Assembly: GCA_017482055.1 (NCBI GenBank)
Contig: JAFUOH010000017.1
Location: 12,067-76,066, forward strand
Origin: Clostridia bacterium
GTDB lineage: Bacteria; Bacillota; Clostridia; Oscillospirales; CAG-272
Length of the DNA stretch: 64,000 bases
Reading direction: 5' to 3'
Shown: positions 49,332 to 57,880 of the stretch, in pieces
Numbering within the stretch: the stretch's first letter is position 1
Layout of the letters: every line of letters starts with the position of its first letter
Notes under the pieces: generated by a model
The model's database searches: none
Told to the model about the DNA's origin: nothing
The model's input: the letters and a program-made list of their open reading frames with translations, nothing else
Made by a program: the position numbers and the translations under genes

Positions 49332-49971
49332 TATCCCTGCTCCGTCAGCTCCGAAAACGCACACCACCTTGGAGCGTGAAGCCTACGCCGAGTTCACAGA
49401 AAAAAAGTCGGTGTTCATCGGCTACGCTACCCCCGTTAAATGCGAGGAGGACGCGCTGGAGTTTATTAAAAAGATACGCCACAAGCACGGCGATGCCACC
49501 CACAATTGCTATGCCTATGAGTTAAACGGCGGCGGTATCGCCCGTTATTCCGACGACGGCGAGCCCCAGGGCACTGCGGGCGTGCCAATACTTGACGTTA
49601 TCAAAAAAAGCGGCGCCACCGACTGCTGTGTGGTGGTAACCCGCTACTTCGGCGGTATTCTGCTCGGTGCCGGCGGACTTGTGCGCGCATATGCAAACGG
49701 AGCAAAAATAGCCCTCGAAGCGGCGCACATCGTCACATACGAGAGCTATACGGAATTTCGCTTAGTCTGCGACTACGGCGCATACCAGAAGTTAAACTAT
49801 GAATTTCCGAAATACGGTATCATCGTGGATGCCAGCGACTTCGGCGGCAGTGTTACCCTGAAGCTCGCCGTCAAAGCAGCGTTGTTCGCTGACTTTGAAA
49901 AGAAGCTCGCCGAAATGTTCGCGGGTAAGGTATGTACAGAAGTGCTCGGGGAGCGGTTTGATTTCAGATGA
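49306..49971 (+). CDS. yigZ: YigZ/IMPACT family protein
   Basis: KKSVFIG, ATHNCYAY, SDDGEPQGTAG, TRYFGGILLGAGGLVRAY. Confidence 0.92.
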   Translation: MAKKTKNIDIPAPSAPKTHTTLEREAYAEFTEKKSVFIGYATPVKCEEDALEFIKKIRHKHGDATHNCYAYELNGGGIARYSDDGEPQGTAGVPILDVIKKSGATDCCVVVTRYFGGILLGAGGLVRAYANGAKIALEAAHIVTYESYTEFRLVCDYGAYQKLNYEFPKYGIIVDASDFGGSVTLKLAVKAALFADFEKKLAEMFAGKVCTEVLGERFDFR

Positions 49972-49987
49972 GGGATAAAGAGTAAAC

Positions 49988-50020
49988 GGAGTACCCACAT
50001 TTTTCAGGGTACTCCTTCTT
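49988..50020 (+). terminator. Terminator after yigZ
   Basis: GGAGTACCC...GGGTACTCC-TTCTT. Confidence 0.65.
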
Positions 50021-50030
50021 ATTGCCGCAA

Positions 50031-50186
50031 TACTATAAATTTCGTCATCCGGCATATCGTCAACAACAGCATCAACAATCTCACAGTAAACCGCCCATTG
50101 AATCCATCATAAAAATCGTGGAGTTCTGCGGAGTTTCCGCAGATTATCTTCTCGGTCTCACCGACAATCCAAGGCAGAATTATTAG
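50031..50186 (+). pseudogene. Decayed XRE-family HTH regulator fragment
   Basis: One frame gives KPPIESIIKIVEFCGVSADYLLGLTDNPRQNY*, a typical XRE C-terminus; the upstream part appears spread across frames (SGISS, NNSINNL); no start codon or RBS. Confidence 0.6.
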
Positions 50187-50220
50187 ACCAGCTTCCCTTC
50201 CTCGTTATTTTTAAAAAAAT

Positions 50221-50341
50221 GTGCTGTTGTATTTAGCGTATGTTCTGCATAAACATTCACAAACGTAGGGGCGACCATTGGTCGCCCCTACAAGTTTATA
50301 GTGCTTATTTATGCGGTATATGCGCTAAGTTGCAACAGCAC
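50221..50341. repeat. ~125-bp long-palindromic MITE/REPIN-like element, copy 2
   Basis: Core GTAGGGGCGACC-ATT-GGTCGCCCCTAC; shares TGTTCTGCATAAACATTCACAAA and its arms with 19934-20062. Confidence 0.8.
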
Positions 50342-50349
50342 CTTTAATA

Positions 50350-52131
50350 TCAGCCAAGTCTTGCCTTGAGAGCGTTAAGCTCATCGTAAAGCTCAGCGGG
50401 AACGCGGTCGCCGATCTGCTTGTAGAACTCGTCGATGCCTGCGATCTCTTCCTTCCAGAGATCAGCGTCAACGTCGAGCAGTCCGCGAACGGTCTCAACG
50501 TCGATGTCAAGACCCTCGATGTTAATGTCCTCAGCCTTCGGAACGTAACCGATGGGAGTCTCAACTGCATCAACTGCACCTGCACAGCGTGCAAGGATCC
50601 ACATTACAACACGCATGTTGTCGCCGAAGCCGGGCCAAATGAAGTGACCTTCGTCGTCGGTTCTGAACCAGTTTACATTGAAGATCATGGGAGGATTGGA
50701 GATCTTCTTGCCCATTGCGAGCCAGTGTGCCCAGTAGTCACCCATATCGTAGCCGGTAAAGGGACGCATTGCCATGGGGTCACGTCTTACAACGCCGACT
50801 GCACCGGTAGCCGCTGCGGTGGTTTCGGAAGCCATGATGGAGCCTACGAACACGCCGTGCTGCCAGCTTCTTGCCTGGTATACCAGAGGAGCGGTCTTGG
50901 CGCGTCTGCCGCCGAAGATAATAGCGGAGATCGGTACGCCTGCCGGATCGTTGAACTTGTCGGAGAGGCAGGGGCAGTTAGCCGCAGATGCGGTGAAGCG
51001 GGAGTTGGGATGTGCGCCGCAGGTGGACTTGTCGTTCTTGTCGTACTTGGTGCAGTCCCACTTGTTGCCCTTCCAGTCGATAGCGTTTGTGGGAGGATTC
51101 TTGTCGAGACCTTCCCACCAAACGGTGTTGTTGTCAAGGTTGTGAACAACATTTGTGAAGATAGTATCGCGCTTGGTAGTTGCAAGTGCGTTGGGGTTGG
51201 ACTTGTCGTTGGTACCGGGAGCAACGCCGAAGAAGCCGTTCTCGGGGTTAACTGCCCAAAGTCTGCCGTCATCGCCTACACGGAGCCATGCGATATCGTC
51301 GCCGACACACCAAGCCTTGTAGCCCTTGTTCTTGTAGATCGCGGGGGGAATAAGCATCGCGAGGTTGGTCTTGCCGCATGCGGACGGGAATGCGCCGGTA
51401 ACGTACTTGACCTCACCGTCGGGACCTTCGATGCCGAGGATGAGCATGTGCTCAGCCATCCAGCCCTCTTTGCGTCCGAGGTAGGAAGCGATACGCAGCG
51501 CGAAGCACTTCTTGCCGAGCAGTACGTTTCCGCCGTAACCGGAGTTAACAGACCAGATGGTATTGTCCTCGGGGAAGTGGACGATGTAGCGGTTCTCTTC
51601 ATCGAGATCAGCCTTTGCATGGAGACCCTTAATAAAGCCTGCATCGTCGCCGAGAGCTTCAAGCACGGATACGCCAACACGGGTCATGATAGCCATGTTG
51701 AGTACTACGTAGATAGAGTCGGTAAGCTCAATGCCGTACTTTGCGAACGGAGAGCCTACAGCGGACATGGAGTAGGGGATAACGTACATGGTTCTGCCCT
51801 TCATAGATCCGGTGTAGAGCTTGGTGAGCTTTGCGTAGCATTCCTTGGGATCCATCCAGTTGTTGATGTTACCCGCATCCTCCTTTTTGGAGGTACAGAT
51901 GAAGGTTCTGCCTTCAACGCGTGCAACGTCGTTTACAGCAGTTCTGTGCAGGTAGCAGTTGGGAAGAAGCTCCTGATTCAGCTTGATGATCTCGCCGGTG
52001 GAGCAAGCCTCGTCGCGAAGCGCCTGAAGCTGTTCCTCGCTGCCGTCGATCCAGACGATCTTGTCGGGCTTCGTCATAGCAGCCATCTCGTCGATCCACT
52101 CTGTAACAAACTTGTTGGTAGTAAGTGCCAT
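50350..52131 (-). CDS. pckG: Phosphoenolpyruvate carboxykinase (GTP)
   Basis: DVARVE, SGYGGN, GKKCFALR, AFPSACGKTN, VGDDIAW, NPENGFFG, HPNSRF. Confidence 0.95.
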   Translation of the reverse strand: MALTTNKFVTEWIDEMAAMTKPDKIVWIDGSEEQLQALRDEACSTGEIIKLNQELLPNCYLHRTAVNDVARVEGRTFICTSKKEDAGNINNWMDPKECYAKLTKLYTGSMKGRTMYVIPYSMSAVGSPFAKYGIELTDSIYVVLNMAIMTRVGVSVLEALGDDAGFIKGLHAKADLDEENRYIVHFPEDNTIWSVNSGYGGNVLLGKKCFALRIASYLGRKEGWMAEHMLILGIEGPDGEVKYVTGAFPSACGKTNLAMLIPPAIYKNKGYKAWCVGDDIAWLRVGDDGRLWAVNPENGFFGVAPGTNDKSNPNALATTKRDTIFTNVVHNLDNNTVWWEGLDKNPPTNAIDWKGNKWDCTKYDKNDKSTCGAHPNSRFTASAANCPCLSDKFNDPAGVPISAIIFGGRRAKTAPLVYQARSWQHGVFVGSIMASETTAAATGAVGVVRRDPMAMRPFTGYDMGDYWAHWLAMGKKISNPPMIFNVNWFRTDDEGHFIWPGFGDNMRVVMWILARCAGAVDAVETPIGYVPKAEDINIEGLDIDVETVRGLLDVDADLWKEEIAGIDEFYKQIGDRVPAELYDELNALKARLG

Positions 52132-52282
52132 TTTGGTTCTCCTATCTATAAATTATTAATATTTACAAAATACAATTCGCGGCGGTTTACCATTTCCCGC
52201 CATTATATATTATACCTTATACTTTTGCAAATTGCAAGCGTTTTTTGAGAATTCGTGCGCTTTTTACACATTGTTAATAAAA

Positions 52283-53158
52283 TCACTTATTTTCATAAAG
52301 CGCATCCGCAAGTCTCGCGAAATCCTCAAGGGTCAGCCGCTCGCCGCGTATGGACGGTTCCAGTCCCGCCGACGCGATAGCATTTGCGATACCATCTTTG
52401 CCGAGAGGCGAAAATTCGGTGCCGAGCGAGTTTGCAAGGGTCTTGCGGCGCTGTGCAAAGGCTCCGCGGATGGTTTTAAACAAAGTCTCCTCGCTTTTGA
52501 CGGTCACGGGCGGCTCCTTGTGAAGGGTAATGCGTATAACGGCGGAATCCACCTTAGGTGCGGGCAAAAAACATCCTGCGGGCACGGTGAACAGCCGCTC
52601 CACCTTGCCGTAATAGGACAGCGCGGCGGTAATGGCTCCGTATTCGGAGTCCCCCGCAGGCGCGCAGAGTCGCTGTGCGACCTCCTTTTGTATCATGACC
52701 GTGATAGTTTCAAAAGAAAGGCGAGATTCTACCAATTTCATTAAAATCGGCGTCGTAATGTAATACGGCAGGTTTGCCGCCACAGACATCCGCATGCCCT
52801 TCGATACAAATTCTCGCTCCGTCAGCTCAGAAAGGTCGGTTTTCATTATGTCCCCGTTGATAACGGAGGTATTGGGACAATCAGCGAGCGTTTCCTCAAG
52901 TATCGGCATTAATGCAGTGTCGATCTCCAGCGCCACAACCTTGTCGGCGCGTGCGGAAAGCTCGCGGGTCAGCGTACCGATACCTGGTCCGATCTCAAGT
53001 ATACCGAGCGGTGCCTCATCGACACGTATACACGCTGCATCGGCAATACGCTCGGGCACATTTGGATTTATAAGGAAATTCTGACCGAATTTTTTTTGAA
53101 AGGACACACCGTGGCGCCCCATTATCTCGCGAATCGTGGAAAGATCTGTAAGTCTCAT
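52283..53158 (-). CDS. rsmA: 16S rRNA adenine dimethyltransferase
   Basis: KKFGQNFL, LEIGPGIG, ANLPYYIT, FAQRRKTL. Confidence 0.95.
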   Translation of the reverse strand: MRLTDLSTIREIMGRHGVSFQKKFGQNFLINPNVPERIADAACIRVDEAPLGILEIGPGIGTLTRELSARADKVVALEIDTALMPILEETLADCPNTSVINGDIMKTDLSELTEREFVSKGMRMSVAANLPYYITTPILMKLVESRLSFETITVMIQKEVAQRLCAPAGDSEYGAITAALSYYGKVERLFTVPAGCFLPAPKVDSAVIRITLHKEPPVTVKSEETLFKTIRGAFAQRRKTLANSLGTEFSPLGKDGIANAIASAGLEPSIRGERLTLEDFARLADALYENK

Positions 53159-53200
53159 AACGGCTCCAATAAAAAATTTTAACTTTTTCCCTATCGGCTC

Positions 53201-53229
53201 TTGACAAACGCCGCCAAATCGGGTATAAT
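53201..53229 (+). promoter_or_regulatory. Consensus sigma-A promoter for the tRNA locus
   Basis: TTGACA-N17-TATAAT; faces a minus-strand TTGCAA-N17-TACAAT (53245-53273) that would drive rsmA. Confidence 0.85.
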
Positions 53230-53288
53230 ATTATCGTTGCCTATATTGTATCATATTTTTTCCGATATTGCAACAGTAAATTTAATGT

Positions 53289-53326
53289 GCTGGAATGGCG
53301 CAGTGGTAGCGCAATTGATTCGTAAT
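53289..53326 (+). pseudogene. 5' half of an interrupted tRNA-Thr(CGT)
   Basis: GCTGGAA-TG-GCGC-AGTGGTA-GCGC-A-ATTGA-TTCGTAA-T: acceptor 5' strand, intact D-arm, anticodon stem 5' strand and loop, then unrelated sequence. Confidence 0.85.
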
Positions 53327-53357
53327 TGTATTACGGATTTTAACAACTAAATAGTAC

Positions 53358-53433
53358 GCTGGTATGGCTCAGTCGGTAGAGCAGCTGATTCGTAATCAGC
53401 AGGTCATCGGTTCGAATCCGATTACCAGCTCCA
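53358..53433 (+). tRNA. tRNA-Thr(CGT), complete with encoded CCA
   Basis: 76-nt cloverleaf; anticodon arm GCTGA-TTCGTAA-TCAGC, T-arm ATCGG-TTCGAAT-CCGAT, acceptor GCTGGTA/TACCAGC-TCCA. Confidence 0.96.
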
Positions 53434-53445
53434 AACCCTTATTTT

Positions 53446-53493
53446 AAGCCACTTTTTGCGGTTTTTACAACTGCAGAAAGGGGCTTGTTTTTT
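53446..53493 (+). terminator. Terminator after tRNA-Thr
   Basis: AAGCCACTTTTTGCGGTT/AACTGCAGAAAGGGGCTT stem followed by GTTTTTT. Confidence 0.75.
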
Positions 53494-53682
53494 ATGTAAT
53501 CAATAGGTCTATAATTTTTCGATTTTCAGCAAAACGTGGAAAAAATATTTTGGGCTGTTTTTTTCGTGATTAGCTGACCATAATTCTGTCCCCATATTAT
53601 ACTTAAAGTAAACTAAATAAAAAACTAGTATAATATGAGTTCTGCAGAAATCGTGTAATCAATGGCGCATATCAAAAATAAT

Positions 53683-53735
53683 CGGTAATTAATTACCGCT
53701 AAACACTTGACGAAATGAAAAAAATATGTTACAAT
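53683..53735 (+). promoter_or_regulatory. Integrase promoter with an upstream perfect 16-bp palindrome (candidate operator)
   Basis: CGGTAATTAATTACCG (53683-53698), then TTGACG-N17-TACAAT with TG (53707-53735). Confidence 0.7.
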
Positions 53736-53813
53736 TCAAGTGCAAGCAAAAAATAATCTCTGCGCAGAGGTGATGCTGATTATAGATATTTTGATAAAGG
53801 AGATTAACTTATT

Positions 53814-54779
53814 ATGAAAAGAAAAATTAAAGACATAGAAGAATGTGGCGTTTCTATCGATAACGCTTTTGACTGTTTTATTACTACCAAGAAGTCGGAG
53901 GGTCGCAGAGATGCTACCATTCGTTCCTATAAAAGCTCTATCAAGGATTTTATGCAGTTCTGTGAGGAAAAAGGCTATACAGACATTTCGGAAATAAACA
54001 AAGACCTTGTTGAAAAGTACAAGATTCATCTTTTGGAAAAGGATATATCCGCAGAAACCCGAAACACATATTTAAGGACACTAAAGGCTTTCACCTCATA
54101 TTTATTTGAAGAAGAAAACCTTACTCCATTTAAGATTAAACTGTTCCAAGCACCAGTAAAGCACGAAGTTTCGGTTTATTCGGATGAAGAGATTAAGAAA
54201 CTCTTGAACTGCCGATACAAAACTTCCAAATCATTCAGCGAAGTAAGGGACTATTATTCAATGATTACGCTCTTACTCACTGGTATAAGGCGTAGCACAC
54301 TTGTTAATATGTTAATTGAAGATGTAAGGTTTGATACAGATATTTTGATTCTCCGACACATCAAACGAAATAATGTATTCGTGATTCAGCAAATCCCACT
54401 CAACCCCGATTTGAAAGTTGCTTTGAAAAAATACTTGAAGCGTACTCGTCTTGTAGAACAGGGTGTGAAATACCTTTTCCCCAATGTTGAGGGCAAGATG
54501 CTTCACCCAGACACAGTTTCAAAAAACATGTATACCATTTGTGAGGCGGCGGGAGTTAAACCTAGAGCGTGTCACGAATACAGACGAACATTCGCAACAA
54601 AGTCATATAAAACCCTCGAAGATACCGAGAAAACAAGAAAGCTTATGGTAATTAGCGACCCTCGTGTATTGAATCGTTATATAAATGAAGATATGGGTAT
54701 GCTGAAAGAAAGTGCCGAACAGCTCAATTTTGTCACGCAGATTTTAGCACCTCGCCCATTAGTCAGCAGTATAAGCTAA
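53814..54779 (+). CDS. Tyrosine recombinase/integrase
   Basis: SAM-like N-terminal domain (ATIRSY, ETRNTYLRTLKAF), TGIR, YLFP, HEYRR (HxxR), C-terminal NRY. Confidence 0.9.
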   Translation: MKRKIKDIEECGVSIDNAFDCFITTKKSEGRRDATIRSYKSSIKDFMQFCEEKGYTDISEINKDLVEKYKIHLLEKDISAETRNTYLRTLKAFTSYLFEEENLTPFKIKLFQAPVKHEVSVYSDEEIKKLLNCRYKTSKSFSEVRDYYSMITLLLTGIRRSTLVNMLIEDVRFDTDILILRHIKRNNVFVIQQIPLNPDLKVALKKYLKRTRLVEQGVKYLFPNVEGKMLHPDTVSKNMYTICEAAGVKPRACHEYRRTFATKSYKTLEDTEKTRKLMVISDPRVLNRYINEDMGMLKESAEQLNFVTQILAPRPLVSSIS

Positions 54780-54791
54780 GGAGATGAAACA

Positions 54792-55163
54792 ATGGACAAA
54801 AACAAAATGCAAGAGAACAGAGAGCGTTTGAACGCTCTTTGTTCCCCGAAAACAGCCGAGCAATTCAGAGAGAAGAACACAAGTCTTGTGTATTCTCAAT
54901 CCGCAACCTGTCGGGATAGCGTTTATAACGCTGCAGATAAAGACTTTTTAGAGTATCGAAAAAAAGAGCTCGGTATTACTAACAGTGATATACTTATGGC
55001 ATTCTACAATCTTCTGGGGCGTGTTATTACAGATGCAACTCTTCGCAGAAAGATGTCTGGAAAATCGGACTTCACAGCGAGTGAAATTCTGGCACTGGCG
55101 TTGATTTTAGAAATGTCGCCCGATGAGGTATTACACTGTTTCCACCTTTTTCCCAAGATGTAA
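54792..55163 (+). CDS. Cro/XRE-like HTH protein (possible repressor or directionality factor)
   Basis: KELGIT..ATLRRKMSGKSDFTASEI..ILEMSPDE; AAGGAG RBS; starts 13 bp after the integrase gene. Confidence 0.7.
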   Translation: MDKNKMQENRERLNALCSPKTAEQFREKNTSLVYSQSATCRDSVYNAADKDFLEYRKKELGITNSDILMAFYNLLGRVITDATLRRKMSGKSDFTASEILALALILEMSPDEVLHCFHLFPKM

Positions 55164-55164
55164 C

Positions 55165-55198
55165 GCAAAGAGCATCGGCGATCGCCGGTGCTCTTTGC
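55165..55198. terminator. Near-perfect palindrome between convergent genes
   Basis: GCAAAGAGCATCGGCGATCGCCGGTGCTCTTTGC. Confidence 0.7.
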
Positions 55199-55257
55199 TG
55201 TCTTACAAAACAAATACCACGGTGTATTCTTGAAATTTAGAGAATATCATCAAGCTC

Positions 55258-55785
55258 TCAGGTTATAGTCCACACAGATTTTCTGACCAGTCGGGTACTA
55301 ATCAAGCAGCCGTATGTGGTAAAAATGAAGATATTCAGCTTGCGAAGCCTCAACACCTCATTGATTAAGACCTCGCGCCCATATAACTCGGAAAGGTATT
55401 CTCGAAGGGAATCATCCGAATCAATACCCTCGACCAGCTCCCATTTCGGGAGCTGGTTACTAATAATGTCTTCTGCTGCCTTTACATCTTGGCTACACTC
55501 GCATTCCATAAGGGCGCAGAATGCTTTTTCCTGATTGTCGGTCAGGCTGTTAATTGCCTTAGCCAGCTCATTCAGGCGCAGCACTTCCAGATAGCTGCTT
55601 ACTGTACCTCGGAAGAATACTGTACTCGCCTCCCTATCCGTAAGGAGGTAGTCAACTGGAGCAGTTCGCATATTCAGTATGTCAAGCATACTCGGCAGCC
55701 TTCTCTCTCCGAAAGGTAGGATAATCCACTTACCTATGTTGCGACCGCTTGTTACAGAAGTCGTTAAAATCAGCTTCATACTCAT
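55258..55785 (-). CDS. ArdA-like antirestriction protein (divergent)
   Basis: GKWIILP, LNELAKAI..FCALME, DSDDSL and C-terminal FTTYGCL resemble the ArdA pattern; adjacent to ardC. Confidence 0.55.
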   Translation of the reverse strand: MSMKLILTTSVTSGRNIGKWIILPFGERRLPSMLDILNMRTAPVDYLLTDREASTVFFRGTVSSYLEVLRLNELAKAINSLTDNQEKAFCALMECECSQDVKAAEDIISNQLPKWELVEGIDSDDSLREYLSELYGREVLINEVLRLRKLNIFIFTTYGCLISTRLVRKSVWTIT

Positions 55786-55797
55786 AATGCGCTCCTT

Positions 55798-56691
55798 TCA
55801 TTCTGTTACTTTGCGCCCTAAAATGTAGTCAACAGCTTTGCTTGCCGCACTTGCCGCCGTCACTATCATTCGGACATCATCTTTAAGAGCCTTAAGCCAG
55901 CCACGCATATAAGCTATGCTGTTGTCTGCCACATCGGTGCTGTCAATGCCAAGCTCTGCGAAAAGGAAATTTTGCCCCATATCCGCTATGAGTTCTTCAC
56001 GGCTGTAACTCTCGTCACCGAAATGAGCGGTCTGTTTTATTCGGTTCAATCGGTGCTTAGCTCCTGTGCTGTGAACGCTCTCGTGTGCGGCGGTGGCAAA
56101 GAACCTTGCATACGTTGGGAACAGCTCTCGCCTCGGCAGACTTATGAGGTCTAAAGTGGGCGAGTAGTATGCTGCTTGTCCATCGTTGTACTCGAGGGTC
56201 AAGCCTTCCTCGCGCTCGATGTAGTCCATCAGGATTTGCTCGGCAGCCTCGATGGGGGTATGCTCAAAGGTCTGCTCGTCTTCGAGTGGCGGCAGATTCT
56301 CGACATCAAGACTGTCGTAGACGTTGTAGTATCGCAGAAAGGGTATGTCTACCTCCTTCTGCTCTACCTGACCGTCCTTGCCGACAACGTCCTTGACTCC
56401 CTTCTTGAACGAGAAGAAAACGACGATTTGAGCCTTGCTGCCCTTTTTGAGCCTGATTTCTGGATTTTGCTTCTGCAGGTCGCATAGCTGATTCCACGTC
56501 AGGTAAGAATGACCGAACTCCAATAAGTAGATATTTATCCCCCTATACGGAATTCGGGTCTTGTAGTTTCGAGGGGTCTGACTTGCGACCCAAGGTTTGT
56601 GCCACGGAAGCTCAGTACCGCTTGCGATTGCCTCCTCAATGCGCTGAACGATTCTGTCCGTCACGATTTCGTAAACTCTGTTTGATGCCAT
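55798..56691 (-). CDS. ardC: ArdC-family ssDNA-binding antirestriction protein with a zincin-like domain
   Basis: YEIVTDRI, LPWHKPW, YRGIN, YLTWNQ, AYYSP, HESVHSTG..RLNR, YSREELIA. Confidence 0.9.
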   Translation of the reverse strand: MASNRVYEIVTDRIVQRIEEAIASGTELPWHKPWVASQTPRNYKTRIPYRGINIYLLEFGHSYLTWNQLCDLQKQNPEIRLKKGSKAQIVVFFSFKKGVKDVVGKDGQVEQKEVDIPFLRYYNVYDSLDVENLPPLEDEQTFEHTPIEAAEQILMDYIEREEGLTLEYNDGQAAYYSPTLDLISLPRRELFPTYARFFATAAHESVHSTGAKHRLNRIKQTAHFGDESYSREELIADMGQNFLFAELGIDSTDVADNSIAYMRGWLKALKDDVRMIVTAASAASKAVDYILGRKVTE

Positions 56692-56821
56692 TGCATTTTT
56701 CCTCCTTGCTCTTTGAGCTTCATTATCCTTTTTGTGATACTATACGATAAGCGACAGCATACAGAAATATCTAAAAAATCGGGCGTATATGCAAAAAAAG
56801 ACGAGCGCAAGGCTCGTCGTA

Positions 56822-57880
56822 TCAAAAGGGGTTGTTGACTGCTATGTGACACAGCATTTCGTTCCAGTCCTTAACATAACCGTTTTCAGCACTGTATGTG
56901 GTAAGAATAGGCTTGTGGTCAATAATATCTCGCTGCATATTGTAGCGTATATACTTGTCGGTGGCATTTATGCCGACATAATCATTATCCAGGCATAAGT
57001 GTATATGCTCAATCTCCTTGTGCTCATATAGTACCTTATCCAGAAAGACAGTTCCGACTCCGTTTAAGGTGATGAAGCAGCTGTGCTCTGGTGAGCGTTC
57101 GACTTCCCTGCGCTTAACAAGAGTAAGAAAGCTCATAAGGTCAACACAGCTCTCGAAAACGTAAACGTCGGAGTAAGAGCCGCCAGCTGACTTTGGAGCA
57201 TAGAAAAAGGCTGTGTGCAGCTCTTTGACAAGGTTTTGCTTAAAAGGCTTCAAAGGGTTCGTGCCTTTCTTCGTAATAGCAATTACATCATCACCACGGT
57301 AGGTCAGGAAACAAAGATTGTTCTTACCATCGAGAGCTATAAGGCGGCGTTTGATGAAGTTTGAAACTATATCCCTGTCTATGTGTCTTGTATTGCAGAG
57401 GTAAGCATATACACGTTTCAACGCAAGAGCCTTAATATCTGGAATTGTTGAAACAAGAGAATCCGATGTAAGAATATGATTCAAGTCTACGCCGTTGTCG
57501 TTAATAACTATAACGAGAGCTTTGTACTTTTCCTCTATGTATTGCTCCATATCATATTTACTGACCTTGTAAACAAAGTAATTGCAGACATAAAAGGCTT
57601 GTCCGAATGAAAGATTGTAATAAGCCATAAGAGCGTTGAGAGGATTGAAAGTCTCTCCCGTGTAGTGATTGTAAATCATATCGTCGTATACTACGCAGTG
57701 CTTGTTATCTGCAAGGAGGAATTGTCTGTTCTCATAGACTATTTTGCTTTCATCCCACCATATAAGCAGTTGTATCAGATTTGCGGTATTTGCTTTATCT
57801 ACCATCATAGGGGTTATGTGCTTATGCTTGAAGCGGTTATCCAGTACTAGACGTTTAATTTTGTTTAGTGGCTTACTCAT
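56822..57880 (-). CDS. DUF3991/Toprim primase-like protein
   Basis: YAYLCNTRHID, YVFESCVDLMSF, LCLDNDYVG, KDWNE. Confidence 0.78.
   Translation of the reverse strand: MSKPLNKIKRLVLDNRFKHKHITPMMVDKANTANLIQLLIWWDESKIVYENRQFLLADNKHCVVYDDMIYNHYTGETFNPLNALMAYYNLSFGQAFYVCNYFVYKVSKYDMEQYIEEKYKALVIVINDNGVDLNHILTSDSLVSTIPDIKALALKRVYAYLCNTRHIDRDIVSNFIKRRLIALDGKNNLCFLTYRGDDVIAITKKGTNPLKPFKQNLVKELHTAFFYAPKSAGGSYSDVYVFESCVDLMSFLTLVKRREVERSPEHSCFITLNGVGTVFLDKVLYEHKEIEHIHLCLDNDYVGINATDKYIRYNMQRDIIDHKPILTTYSAENGYVKDWNEMLCHIAVNNPF

Noticed and set aside
50644-52248. 534-aa plus-strand ORF (likewise 17780-19192 and 60684-62009 on minus)
   Set aside because: Antisense shadows of pckG, the vor genes and the repeat lipoprotein.
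53327-53495. Group I intron in the tRNA anticodon loop
   Set aside because: No register gives both a 5'-exon U and a terminal intron G, no catalytic core is visible, and the insert contains a tRNA and a terminator.
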